Below the pieces are notes generated by a model. The model was not told where the DNA came from, ran no database searches, and was given only the letters and a program-made list of their open reading frames with translations. From Candidatus Woesearchaeota archaeon (GTDB taxonomy: Archaea > Nanobdellota > Nanobdellia > Woesearchaeales > ARS49): a stretch of 64,000 nucleotides of DNA. The translations under genes were made by a program, and so were the position numbers. How positions within the stretch are numbered: position 1 is the first letter of the stretch; each line of letters starts with the position of its first letter. The stretch covers positions 937-64,936 of the forward strand of contig QZIM01000011.1 in NCBI GenBank assembly GCA_003599055.1. Reading direction: 5' to 3'. Below are positions 25,098-33,401 of the stretch, piece by piece.

Positions 25098-25817
25098 TTA
25101 CTTCAGCGCGCAGAGTTTATTATGAATCTTCCGCGCTACGATAATACTCTCTCCTGGAGGACTCAATCCAACTGGCGTGATGCTAATGACAAAATTCTTT
25201 ATTCGGAAGTGTATATTGTGGTGACCATTGAAATCGGAATACTCGACTCTTTCCTCTCCATAATCTCCTGTGTTCATTTTGGTATTTCCTTTATGCTGTT
25301 TCGCATCTGCCAATATGGTGCTCAGATAGTTTGAGGCAGCACCAGCACTATCGTAATCCCAAATAGAAATCTGTAATTGAGGAAGTCTTTGAGTGACTAA
25401 GTGCTTTAGGTGCGGAACGCCGCCAACCCGTACCTTGCTACCATCCGCAACAGTTATATCCAAGTCGCTATCGGGAATCGTATACTCTTCCCAACTGTTG
25501 CGTTCTTGAAACCTTTGGGGAAGTTCTGCCCTGTCGAGTGTAAACGCATCTAATCCGATATTAGCGGGGAATTGACATTTTTGTAGGCCGTCACTTACTG
25601 ATAATTGTTCTGTGCTGCTTGACTGCTGGATTGTTTGGGGTGTGTATTGTTCTATTTTTTCTGGGCACTCCTCAAGTGAATTTGCGGTGCTTCCATCAAA
25701 GCACTGTATCACCATTCTCTCAATTGCTTGTTTTTGAGCTGGCTGCTGAACGCAGGATATCAACAGCAGAACTACAAGACTGAACAATATGCTATTTCTT
25801 GATGTTGTGGTTTGCAT
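25098..25817 (-). CDS. Hypothetical lipoprotein/secreted protein (element cargo)
   Basis: N-terminal signal with a lipobox-like LLLISC. No family motif recognised. Confidence 0.55.
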   Translation of the reverse strand: MQTTTSRNSILFSLVVLLLISCVQQPAQKQAIERMVIQCFDGSTANSLEECPEKIEQYTPQTIQQSSSTEQLSVSDGLQKCQFPANIGLDAFTLDRAELPQRFQERNSWEEYTIPDSDLDITVADGSKVRVGGVPHLKHLVTQRLPQLQISIWDYDSAGAASNYLSTILADAKQHKGNTKMNTGDYGEERVEYSDFNGHHNIHFRIKNFVISITPVGLSPPGESIIVARKIHNKLCALK

Positions 25818-25870
25818 AGTGTTTGTTTAATAAATGAAGTATTTAAAATCTTTGTCTATCTGATGTCTAC

Positions 25871-26914
25871 TTATCGGATTTGTTCGAACTTTTTCACTTC
25901 TTGTTCGAGAGAATTACGGTCTTGGATGAGTTTTTGCTTTTCGTAATCGGGATTGTATCCGCCTTTTTTCAATAGTTCGCGGTTGTCTTCAATGAATTTC
26001 TCAAGTTCAAATGTGCTTCTGATTGCGATTCGTCCTGGTTCGGCTCTTTCTTGCATTTCTCGCTCAATATCGACGTTTTCGAGCGTCCGAAGTACGTCCA
26101 ATGAGACAAGGGAATACTCCATGCTGTTCTTTGCGCTTTTTATTCGTTGAATTTGTTCATTGTATTGAATCAGAACTTGATTCTCCTCTTTGGTAAGCGT
26201 GGGACGATTTGCAGGCGGAGGAACTGAAGTTTCTGTGCGATTGTTCTTCAATTCGTTTTGTACTGGTTTTGATGCTTGTCTTGGTTCGGGCGCAGGAGGC
26301 GAACCTGAGAATAAACTACCAAACCACGTGAACAGGAAGAAATCCTTGAAGACTACATAGTGCGTCTCATCTTTGGTTAAGCTAATATCAAACTTTACGG
26401 CATTGTCGGACATTTTATTCCCGTTCGTCTCAATAATTCTGCCGAAGGTTTCAACGGTGTATGTTATTTTGAACAAGCTTGATGCCATTCCGCTCGCAAA
26501 TTCATCTTGTTCCGTTTCTTGTTCTTTGACTGGGAAATGAATCTCATAGGTGAAGTAGTAATAAGGAAATTTGAACTCGCGACTGATTTTGTAGGAGTCC
26601 TTATTCATGAAGGCTGCCGTTTTCTCATCACCTTGAGACAGAAATAAGCTATCTGTTTGAGGGTCTACATCCGTGAATTGGTATGTTGCACTTTTCTCAG
26701 TCTCGGAATATGTGTATTTGCGGGTTATCGCAGGGTTCACCTGAAACTGCTCTTTCATGTTCTCAAGAATCATGGTAGAATCGGACTTGAAGGTGAGGGA
26801 TAAATCCACTTTTCCGCTTCTTTTGAGTTTCTGTTGGATGTCGATTTGGAGGCATCCTGTTAGTAGAAGCAGGATGAGGATGCTTCCAGCGATTGCTGTC
26901 TTGTTCATAGGCAA
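25871..26914 (-). CDS. Hypothetical lipoprotein with an internal TM and a C-terminal coiled coil (element cargo)
   Basis: Signal with a lipobox-like LLLTGC. Hydrophobic FFLFTWFGSLF mid-protein. Helical charged C-terminus. Confidence 0.55.
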   Translation of the reverse strand: MPMNKTAIAGSILILLLLTGCLQIDIQQKLKRSGKVDLSLTFKSDSTMILENMKEQFQVNPAITRKYTYSETEKSATYQFTDVDPQTDSLFLSQGDEKTAAFMNKDSYKISREFKFPYYYFTYEIHFPVKEQETEQDEFASGMASSLFKITYTVETFGRIIETNGNKMSDNAVKFDISLTKDETHYVVFKDFFLFTWFGSLFSGSPPAPEPRQASKPVQNELKNNRTETSVPPPANRPTLTKEENQVLIQYNEQIQRIKSAKNSMEYSLVSLDVLRTLENVDIEREMQERAEPGRIAIRSTFELEKFIEDNRELLKKGGYNPDYEKQKLIQDRNSLEQEVKKFEQIR

Positions 26915-27000
26915 TGCTCTGATTTGCTACATTGCTTATAATTCTTTTGTCCATCTGTTGTCGCTCTGACCTAATAAGTCAATCCGTTGTCTATCTGCCT

Positions 27001-27297
27001 ATGGACTTAGCGGGCAAGCAGTGGACGCTCTTCTCTTGGGTTAAGCGAGGAAAACAAAGAGTTGCTGTTCTGATTGCATTGCAACCAAATCAACCCGTAA
27101 CGGGGCAGGAATTGCGCAAAAAGATAAACGCAGAGGGTAAGATTCACCCCCTCAGCTTACGAGAAATATCACGTCACTTGACTGCGTTCAAAGACGAAGG
27201 GATTGCAGAGTGTTTGGATGAGAACGCACCTTACGGGAAGCACTATGTTTTGACAGATTTAGGGGTTAAGATTAGAGCGGAAGTATCAAAAGTCTAA
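27001..27297 (+). CDS. Small winged-helix (ArsR/PadR-like) transcriptional regulator
   Basis: RVAVLIALQPNQPVTGQELRKKIN...LSLREISRHLTAFKDEGIAECL...YVLTDLG is a typical wHTH pattern. Start chosen at MDLAGKQW (ATG 27001). Confidence 0.6.
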   Translation: MDLAGKQWTLFSWVKRGKQRVAVLIALQPNQPVTGQELRKKINAEGKIHPLSLREISRHLTAFKDEGIAECLDENAPYGKHYVLTDLGVKIRAEVSKV

Positions 27298-27299
27298 GT

Positions 27300-27755
27300 T
27301 TAGTTCTCAGACGGGAGAACTTCATCATCAAACTTAAGTTCTCCGTGCTTCTTGATGTGTTCTTCCCTTAATTCGTTCATGATTTTGGTTATGTCAAAGG
27401 TACGTTCGGGAGTCTTTGGGGTTATCTCTGCATTGATTTTCTGCCTTGTTCCGTGAATTGCTTCGTGGGCGCGTATCATAACTTGGAGAAGCTTCAAGCG
27501 ACCGTCAATGGTGAGATTTGGGTCATTCTTGATTTGTTCGAGATAGCGCAGAATCTCTACTGCGCTAATGTCTGCATCAACAACACAGTCTACAACGTCC
27601 ATTGCTGATTTTTTGCGGTCAGATGCCCAACGTGCAGCCCGTATTTTCGCTGCAAGTGTTTTTGTTGCACTGCGCACAGAACCGCCCATGCGGGCGATTT
27701 CTGAGCGTTCTTCGGGGCTTCTTTGTCGTAACGAGATTAGATGTTCCTGGCTCAT
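27300..27755 (-). CDS. Hypothetical protein (helical, basic N-terminus)
   Basis: 151-aa ORF inside the element. No motif recognised. Confidence 0.45.
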   Translation of the reverse strand: MSQEHLISLRQRSPEERSEIARMGGSVRSATKTLAAKIRAARWASDRKKSAMDVVDCVVDADISAVEILRYLEQIKNDPNLTIDGRLKLLQVMIRAHEAIHGTRQKINAEITPKTPERTFDITKIMNELREEHIKKHGELKFDDEVLPSEN

Positions 27756-27878
27756 TTCTGTTGTTATCCTGTGCTTATCAGTTGTTTGTTTTGTTTAAAA
27801 GCGTTCAGCCGTACAAATAACAAAACACACCTCTGCTTCGCAGGGTGTTTGTTTGGCATAAAAACAATATACTGCCTA

Positions 27879-28904
27879 CTAAACAATGAGTCCGTCGCTC
27901 TCACAGACTTGATAAATTCCCTTTTTGAGTTTTTTCAAGATGCCTGCGAGTTGGAACTCTTTAAGCACGGCATACACGGCAGTGTATCCGATGCCTTTAC
28001 TTTTGAGTTCCACAACCAATTGTTTAGCTTCAAAGCGACAGATTTTTTCCTTTGTTATCCAACCTATTGCGATTTTTTTGGCTTCTTCAAGAACACTTGG
28101 GGAGATAATCATTTCAGGACAATCAACTTGTTCAAGGTAGTGCCCTCCTGTTGATGTTTTAATAAGTTTGAATCGTATTGGTTCCGCTTCCGTGTTGTCT
28201 CTGCATTTTGTATTTCTCAACAAAAAGGTGTCTTTTTCTTTCTTAATAATCCAAACAAGGTCTGCCATTGCTGAGAAATCACTGCTTCCGCGCAGGCTTG
28301 CATTGGTGTCCCTCCCGCCGTTTTTTCGCACGTGATGTAAAAGCAGCCATGCACAATGATGTCGGTTGATGAGCCTAACGAGTACACTATGCAGTTTCCT
28401 CACATCTTCTGAGTTGTTCTCATCACCAGTAAGAAAGCGCGTTAGAGAATCGACGATTATCAAATCAGGCTTTATGCGTTCTATTAGCTCATCAAGGTCA
28501 TCAATTCGTTTGTCAATGGGCGAATTGAGTTTATAGTGATGATTCAACGCAAAATCAACGTTTACATTCTCTAAATCAAGGTCGTACCCTTTTGCGAGCG
28601 AAATGAGTCTATCCTTTAGGCGAACCAATCCATTCTCCTCATCGAGAATGAGGACTCTTCCAGGTTTAACATCGAAACCAAGAACTGCTCCCTGTTGGCT
28701 GCGTCCTACGTGTAAGCTTAACACTTGGCTGAGAAAGCTTTTGCAAGTTCCCTCTGCCCCTGCAAGTATGCAAATATTTTCTCGACCTACTATTCTATCG
28801 ACTATCCAACTTGGCGCAGGAATATTCGCCGTTGCCAATTCCCCCGCGCGCCAAATCTTCTTTGAACTTGTCTCTTCAGACTTGATGTGATTTGTTTCTA
28901 CCAT
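27879..28904 (-). CDS. RepA/DnaB-like RecA-family ATPase (AAA_25-type) with a C-terminal winged-helix-like tail; likely element replication protein
   Basis: Walker A ILAGAEGTCKSFLSQ, Walker B VLILDEENG, DLIIVDSLTRF, LLLHHVRKNG. Start chosen at MVETNH (ATG 28904) to avoid overlapping the upstream ORF. Confidence 0.7.
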   Translation of the reverse strand: MVETNHIKSEETSSKKIWRAGELATANIPAPSWIVDRIVGRENICILAGAEGTCKSFLSQVLSLHVGRSQQGAVLGFDVKPGRVLILDEENGLVRLKDRLISLAKGYDLDLENVNVDFALNHHYKLNSPIDKRIDDLDELIERIKPDLIIVDSLTRFLTGDENNSEDVRKLHSVLVRLINRHHCAWLLLHHVRKNGGRDTNASLRGSSDFSAMADLVWIIKKEKDTFLLRNTKCRDNTEAEPIRFKLIKTSTGGHYLEQVDCPEMIISPSVLEEAKKIAIGWITKEKICRFEAKQLVVELKSKGIGYTAVYAVLKEFQLAGILKKLKKGIYQVCESDGLIV

Positions 28905-28917
28905 TTTTTTCACCACA

Positions 28918-29220
28918 TTAATATCTGATGTATTTTTCAATGAGCCAAGATGCATGGTCGGTAAATTTGTACATTGCAACTTCTCTTCCACGACCAAAAC
29001 GTTCATCTGAATATTCAAGGTTCAGCAAGTCGTCTCCGAGCCATTTTAAGATGAGAAGTTCCGCGGGTAAATTTGAACCATCAATTTTGGCTTGACAAAC
29101 TCGTATTTGACGAATGAATTCTTTTTTCGGGATGAAGTAGTCATGCTCTTTTTGTCCTTCACGCCCTGCCCAATAAAAAGTACTGCATAAAATCAGCCAG
29201 TTCTTGTCTTTCATCATCAT
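28918..29220 (-). CDS. Hypothetical protein
   Basis: 100-aa ORF co-oriented with the RepA-like gene. It has a 4-nt overlap with the upstream small ORF. Confidence 0.4.
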   Translation of the reverse strand: MMMKDKNWLILCSTFYWAGREGQKEHDYFIPKKEFIRQIRVCQAKIDGSNLPAELLILKWLGDDLLNLEYSDERFGRGREVAMYKFTDHASWLIEKYIRY

Positions 29221-29405
29221 TTTTGCACCTCATTTCCCGTTTGAAAACCTAAACAACTTCTGATAAACTGTCCGCGCATTCCAGCAGGAACACGTCGCGC
29301 CAAAGATTCAAACTCTGGTTGCGTCAGTTTTATGCTAATCACTATTGCTCGCCGCCTTTGAAGTCTCGATAGACAATCGTAAGAAAGTTCACTTGAGAGT
29401 TGCAT
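29217..29405 (-). CDS. Small hypothetical protein (possible ribbon-helix-helix DNA binder)
   Basis: 62-aa ORF, first gene of the RepA-like run. The RHH guess rests only on size and the VISIKLTQPEFESLARR pattern. Confidence 0.3.
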   Translation of the reverse strand: MQLSSELSYDCLSRLQRRRAIVISIKLTQPEFESLARRVPAGMRGQFIRSCLGFQTGNEVQK

Positions 29406-29612
29406 TTTCGTTGCTCTCGACTTTTTCTGCTTTCGACTCTTTCAATAGCAGCGCAACCTTGTCAAGAAGTTCATCAAGGACTCTTTTTTTGTCAGTTGTC
29501 ATTAAATGCCTCCGCTCTCACAAGAGCAACTTACCAATGCTTTGAACATAGATTTATATGCGCGGAAGGTGTGTATTTCCCTTCTAGGGAAAATCTTTTA
29601 TTCCGAGAGACA

Positions 29613-30071
29613 ATGGGCGAGGACATGCGAGAAATAAGAGTGAAATTAAGGAAAGAACCAAATTCAGACCCTTCGCGTGCTGGTTTTTGTGTAACGGTGC
29701 CAAAGAAGATTCTCAAAAGGTTAACTGAGGAACACTGGGTAGATGGCTGGAACATAGAAAAGTTGCTTAAGAAGCGATTACTCATTTGTAATTTCGATGG
29801 GCGGGGCAGATTATTTTTTTCTCCCACGGACGACAGCATTTTTTTCCAATCTATGCAACGCGATTCCAAGAAAAAATATGGTGATGCTGCAAAGGGAGGA
29901 GTTGAGATGGCTTATGTGGTACGTGTTTATCGCAAGAAATCCATATCCGATTTAAAGGAAGAGATTGCCAAGATGGATGCAGCAATTCAGCGTGACCAAG
30001 AAAATATCCGCAGATGCCGTGAATGGAAAAACATCATTAAGAGTATAGTTAGAGATAAGGGAGCATCCTGA
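29613..30071 (+). CDS. Hypothetical protein with an AbrB/SpoVT-like N-terminus (possible antitoxin/regulator)
   Basis: GFCVTVPKKILKRL resembles the AbrB looped-hinge motif. Start chosen at MGEDMREI (ATG 29613). Confidence 0.35.
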   Translation: MGEDMREIRVKLRKEPNSDPSRAGFCVTVPKKILKRLTEEHWVDGWNIEKLLKKRLLICNFDGRGRLFFSPTDDSIFFQSMQRDSKKKYGDAAKGGVEMAYVVRVYRKKSISDLKEEIAKMDAAIQRDQENIRRCREWKNIIKSIVRDKGAS

Positions 30072-30127
30072 CTTTTTTGGTGGTGCAAGTCGTCAAACTT
30101 AAAAAGGTCGGACAGTTGTCAAATTCT

Positions 30128-30595
30128 ATGAACATCATGTTGGACACCAATATTTATGACAAACTTGCCGAGGACCAAGCGGTTCTTCAACAGATTGAGA
30201 CTGCGATAGCAAAGGGCGTGGTTTGTATCTTCACGACGCACATTCAGGAGGACGAAATAGACGCACTGAACAAGAAAGGGACAAAACCACAGGTCGTTAA
30301 GACGTATGTATCACTTACAAAAAAGAAGGTTCCTACTGCCGGTTTTGTGCTTGATGTATCGCGACTCGATGAAGCGTGCCTCGGGGGTGTAAATACCAAA
30401 GTTGCAGGACCTCATGGCACCCATGTAAAGGATGCTTTGATAGCAACGACGACGGACCGAGATAGTTGCACTCTTGTTACGGAAAACAAGACTGATTTCA
30501 AATATGTGAAATATCATGATTTCGAGGCCTTCAAAAAGTTACTGCAAAAAGTTTTAGCTCCAAAGGACGAGGTTTTAAATATAAAGAGCAATTAA
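30128..30595 (+). CDS. PIN-like domain protein (possible toxin)
   Basis: N-terminal MLDTNIY plus later acidic positions (EDEID, TTTDRD) fit a PIN-like arrangement. Start chosen at MNIMLDTN. It is the last gene before the right-hand repeat. Confidence 0.35.
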   Translation: MNIMLDTNIYDKLAEDQAVLQQIETAIAKGVVCIFTTHIQEDEIDALNKKGTKPQVVKTYVSLTKKKVPTAGFVLDVSRLDEACLGGVNTKVAGPHGTHVKDALIATTTDRDSCTLVTENKTDFKYVKYHDFEAFKKLLQKVLAPKDEVLNIKSN

Positions 30596-30789
30596 CGCTT
30601 GTTACTTAGGGCGTTAAGCACGGACGGCGCATGAGCAGGGCGAGTGCGGCGTTCGAGTCGGATAATCGGTGATGCAGTCGCTGATTTTTCTTACTTGGAC
30701 TGCGCATACGAATTAAAGTTGCCTGCGCTGCTTTGCGTGTCTTTTTTTTCGATTACTTAAAAGAGCAGCAGGTGGTCTGAGGGGTTTTC

Positions 30790-31263
30790 TCACTTCCTGA
30801 TAACTTCGTCTGCAAGGTTAAGGAGCGTTGTGCTTGCGGTGGTGGGCGGAGCGTTTTTGTCAAGGAGGATAATGCAGGCGATGTTATTTTTTTGGAAGTT
30901 GTCTGCGATGAATCTGATGAATCGTGCAAAGTGCTGGTCGGGGACGCGGATGCTAAGGGCGGTGAAATTGTCAAAGATGACAAGCGGGTTGGGAATGGTT
31001 TGCGCGATTTGGGTAATTGCGATGCTAAGGCCGGTGAGGTCGTCGGGGTTAAAGGGGATTGCGTTCACGGCTTCGGTTGAACTGGCCGTGGTATTGATGT
31101 AGAATTGTTGGTTTGTGTTGACGTTTGATTTTTTGAGTGTGTTTACAATCTGGTTGTGCGAGCGCGTGGTAAGGACAACGAGCGCGTTTTTTTGGTGCAG
31201 TTTGAGTTGGTTTATGAATTGGGGGAAGAGTTTTTCGCCGGCTGCGCTGATGACGGTAATCAT
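30790..31263 (-). CDS. Degenerate KaiC/RecA-like domain protein lacking a P-loop (third paralog)
   Basis: ALVVLTTRSHNQ replaces the Walker A motif. LVIFDNFTALS is retained. ATGA overlap with the upstream multi-TM gene. Confidence 0.5.
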   Translation of the reverse strand: MITVISAAGEKLFPQFINQLKLHQKNALVVLTTRSHNQIVNTLKKSNVNTNQQFYINTTASSTEAVNAIPFNPDDLTGLSIAITQIAQTIPNPLVIFDNFTALSIRVPDQHFARFIRFIADNFQKNNIACIILLDKNAPPTTASTTLLNLADEVIRK

Positions 31264-32012
31264 GGGAAGAGCCTCCGTTTCGCATCGGCGGCAAAAGTGA
31301 TGATGATGTAGCTGATGAGGTAAAGAAGGTCGATGGGGTGGCCGGTGGCGTACGTGTTGGCGGCAACGCTTGCGGCAAAGAGGATGTCAAAAATGATTCG
31401 GGTGCCGACGGCAACAGAGAAGAGGAGCCAGGGGGTTGAGAGGCGGTTGATATTCGGCAGGAGTGCCAGGAAGAGGGGGAGCATAAGCCCAAGGAGGAGA
31501 AGGTCATAGGAGACGTAAAGGACGTTGAAAAGGTGGTATGCTCCTTCTGCGCGTATGGCGGGAATGTGGAGGAGTGGCCAGACTGCGGCAAGGGTTGCAC
31601 ACGCGGCAAAGATGAATTTTTTGCGGGGGTTTGGGTCAAAGACGTCTTTGCGGACGAGGGTGCAGGCCGCAATCCAGATAAGGTATGCGCTTGTCCAGGA
31701 AACGTCCGGGAGTCCTCCGACGGGAACTTCTGTTTTTTGGATGAGTTCTGCATATGCCCAGAGTGCATCACCGACCATAAACAGGAAAAAGGCAATGCTG
31801 GTGAGCAGCCACGCGTTTTTTTCTTGGGTGAATGAGTGCGGTATTTTTTTCCAGACAAGGAGTGTGGCAAGGAATGCGCAAAGGGATACAATGACAAAGG
31901 AGAGGTCTCCGACAAGAGTGAGCGTCGGTTCGCTTTGGTTCGATGCAATGATGAGCAGGTAGAGCGCGGTTACAAAGAGTGCGGTAAGGGCAAGGAGTTG
32001 CGTTTTGCGCAA
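31260..32012 (-). CDS. Integral membrane protein (~7 TM), sensor-like
   Basis: 250 aa, almost entirely hydrophobic helices, translationally coupled to the pseudo-KaiC gene. Confidence 0.6.
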   Translation of the reverse strand: MRKTQLLALTALFVTALYLLIIASNQSEPTLTLVGDLSFVIVSLCAFLATLLVWKKIPHSFTQEKNAWLLTSIAFFLFMVGDALWAYAELIQKTEVPVGGLPDVSWTSAYLIWIAACTLVRKDVFDPNPRKKFIFAACATLAAVWPLLHIPAIRAEGAYHLFNVLYVSYDLLLLGLMLPLFLALLPNINRLSTPWLLFSVAVGTRIIFDILFAASVAANTYATGHPIDLLYLISYIIITFAADAKRRLFP

Positions 32013-32063
32013 GGGGGAACTGGCGGGGTCAGGAAGAATTGCGGTGTTTCGTGGGGTTTTTTT

Positions 32064-33401
32064 TCACGAGATGGTTGCCTCCTCAAATGGTCCGACGATT
32101 GCGAGTTGGGGGTTGACAAGGTAGCGTTGCGCGGCGTCCTGCATTTCTTCTGCAGTGACTGCGCTGAGGCGTTCGGGGTATTCGACGTCGTAGTGGTAGC
32201 CAAGGCCGACGGATTCGTAGAGTGCAAGGTAGTTGGCTTGGTCGGTGGTTTTTTGGTGGTCAAGGAAGAAGAATCCGCGGATTTTTTGTTTGACGATGGC
32301 AATTTCGTCTTCGCTTGCCTGTTCGGTTTTGATGCGTTCGATTTGTTCGGTGATGCCGGCAAGTGAGTCGTTGATGACTGCCGGCCTGCTTATCATGGCG
32401 ATTTTCAAAAAGCCGCCGGAGCGAACTGACGGGGCGATGCTGTACACGCTGTAGGCGAGTGCGCGCTTGTCGCGCAGTTCGTAAAAGAGTCGTGAGCCGC
32501 TGCCTGAGCCAAGGACTGCGTTGGCAAGGCGGAGCTTGATGAAGTCGGGATGCGTGGCAGGGGGCAACTGGTATCCTTGTTGGAGGTAGAAGCTTTCAAG
32601 GTCCATATGGCGTGTGCTTGTTTTGGGTTCGGTGCGGGGCGGTGCGGGGATGACTTCGGGCGGGGTTGGGCGCGGCTGCATTTTGTTCAGCGCGTTTCCG
32701 AGGGTGGGGATTAGGGTGTCTTTGCGCACGTTGCCTGCAGCGCCGATGACGATAAGGTTGGGGACGTACCACGTGCGGTAGTGGTTGACGATGTCATCGC
32801 GGCTGATGCGCGAAACGGTTTCCGCATACCCGTCGATGGGGTGCTGGTAGGGGTGTCCTTCGAACATTGTTTTCATAAAGAGTTCTTCGACCGTGACTGC
32901 GGGCTGGTCGTTTTTGCTGGCAATTTCTGAGAGGATGAGCGTGCGTTCTTTCTCTATTTCTTCCGGGGGGAACGTGCTGTGAATGAGAACGTCGGAAAGG
33001 ATGTCAATTGCGGTGTCGATGTGGTTGCTTGGGATGTCGATGAGAATTTCCGTGTATTCGGCGAATGTGCGCGCCTTGATGGTGCCGCCAAGGGATTCGA
33101 TTTCTGAGAGGATGTCCTGGCGGCTTCTTTTTTCTGTTCCTGCAAGGAGGAGGCGTGTGGTGAAGTGGCCAAGGCCGGGCAAGTCGCCGTCGGCGGCGAG
33201 CGACCGGCGGATGAGGACGTCGATTGCGGCAAGCCCTGCATCGGGGTTTTCCTTGACGATGATGGTGATGTTGTTTGCAAGGATGTATTTGCTGCCGGCG
33301 TCGGTGTGTTCTTCATAGGTGATTTGGCTCGCGCAGCCCGTAAGGAGCGTGGTGAGAAGAATAGTGAGTACTGATAACTGAACACTGAGCGCTCTTTTCA
33401 T
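32064..33401 (-). CDS. M16 (pitrilysin) family peptidase-like lipoprotein, non-catalytic subunit type
   Basis: Lipobox LLTGC. GLGHFTTRLLLAGTEKRS occupies the place of HxxEH. M16-like fold pattern throughout. Confidence 0.75.
   Translation of the reverse strand: MKRALSVQLSVLTILLTTLLTGCASQITYEEHTDAGSKYILANNITIIVKENPDAGLAAIDVLIRRSLAADGDLPGLGHFTTRLLLAGTEKRSRQDILSEIESLGGTIKARTFAEYTEILIDIPSNHIDTAIDILSDVLIHSTFPPEEIEKERTLILSEIASKNDQPAVTVEELFMKTMFEGHPYQHPIDGYAETVSRISRDDIVNHYRTWYVPNLIVIGAAGNVRKDTLIPTLGNALNKMQPRPTPPEVIPAPPRTEPKTSTRHMDLESFYLQQGYQLPPATHPDFIKLRLANAVLGSGSGSRLFYELRDKRALAYSVYSIAPSVRSGGFLKIAMISRPAVINDSLAGITEQIERIKTEQASEDEIAIVKQKIRGFFFLDHQKTTDQANYLALYESVGLGYHYDVEYPERLSAVTAEEMQDAAQRYLVNPQLAIVGPFEEATIS

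Larger units (their letters stand above)
18919..30632. mobile_element. ~11.7-kb integrated element (integrative plasmid or provirus-like) in the 3' end of tRNA-Gly
   Basis: The 12-bp direct repeat cggacggcgcat occurs at 18919-18930 (tRNA 3' end) and 30621-30632. An integrase gene sits next to the tRNA. Spot GC counts gave ~40% inside (nt 22001-22060) versus ~53% outside (nt 12001-12060). It also carries a RepA-like ATPase, a small wHTH protein and toxin-antitoxin-like genes. Confidence 0.7.

Noticed and set aside
31049-31948. 299-aa minus-strand ORF
   Set aside because: It is out of frame over the 7-TM gene and the pseudo-KaiC gene. The 7-TM frame gives coherent hydrophobic helices, whereas this frame gives Ser/Pro-rich low complexity.
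33371-33388. CTGA-rich sequence (ctgataactgaacactga) matching the intergenic motif family
   Set aside because: It lies inside the signal-peptide coding region of the M16 gene (reverse complement encodes LSVQLSVL). I treat it as coincidental similarity and did not count it as a motif copy.
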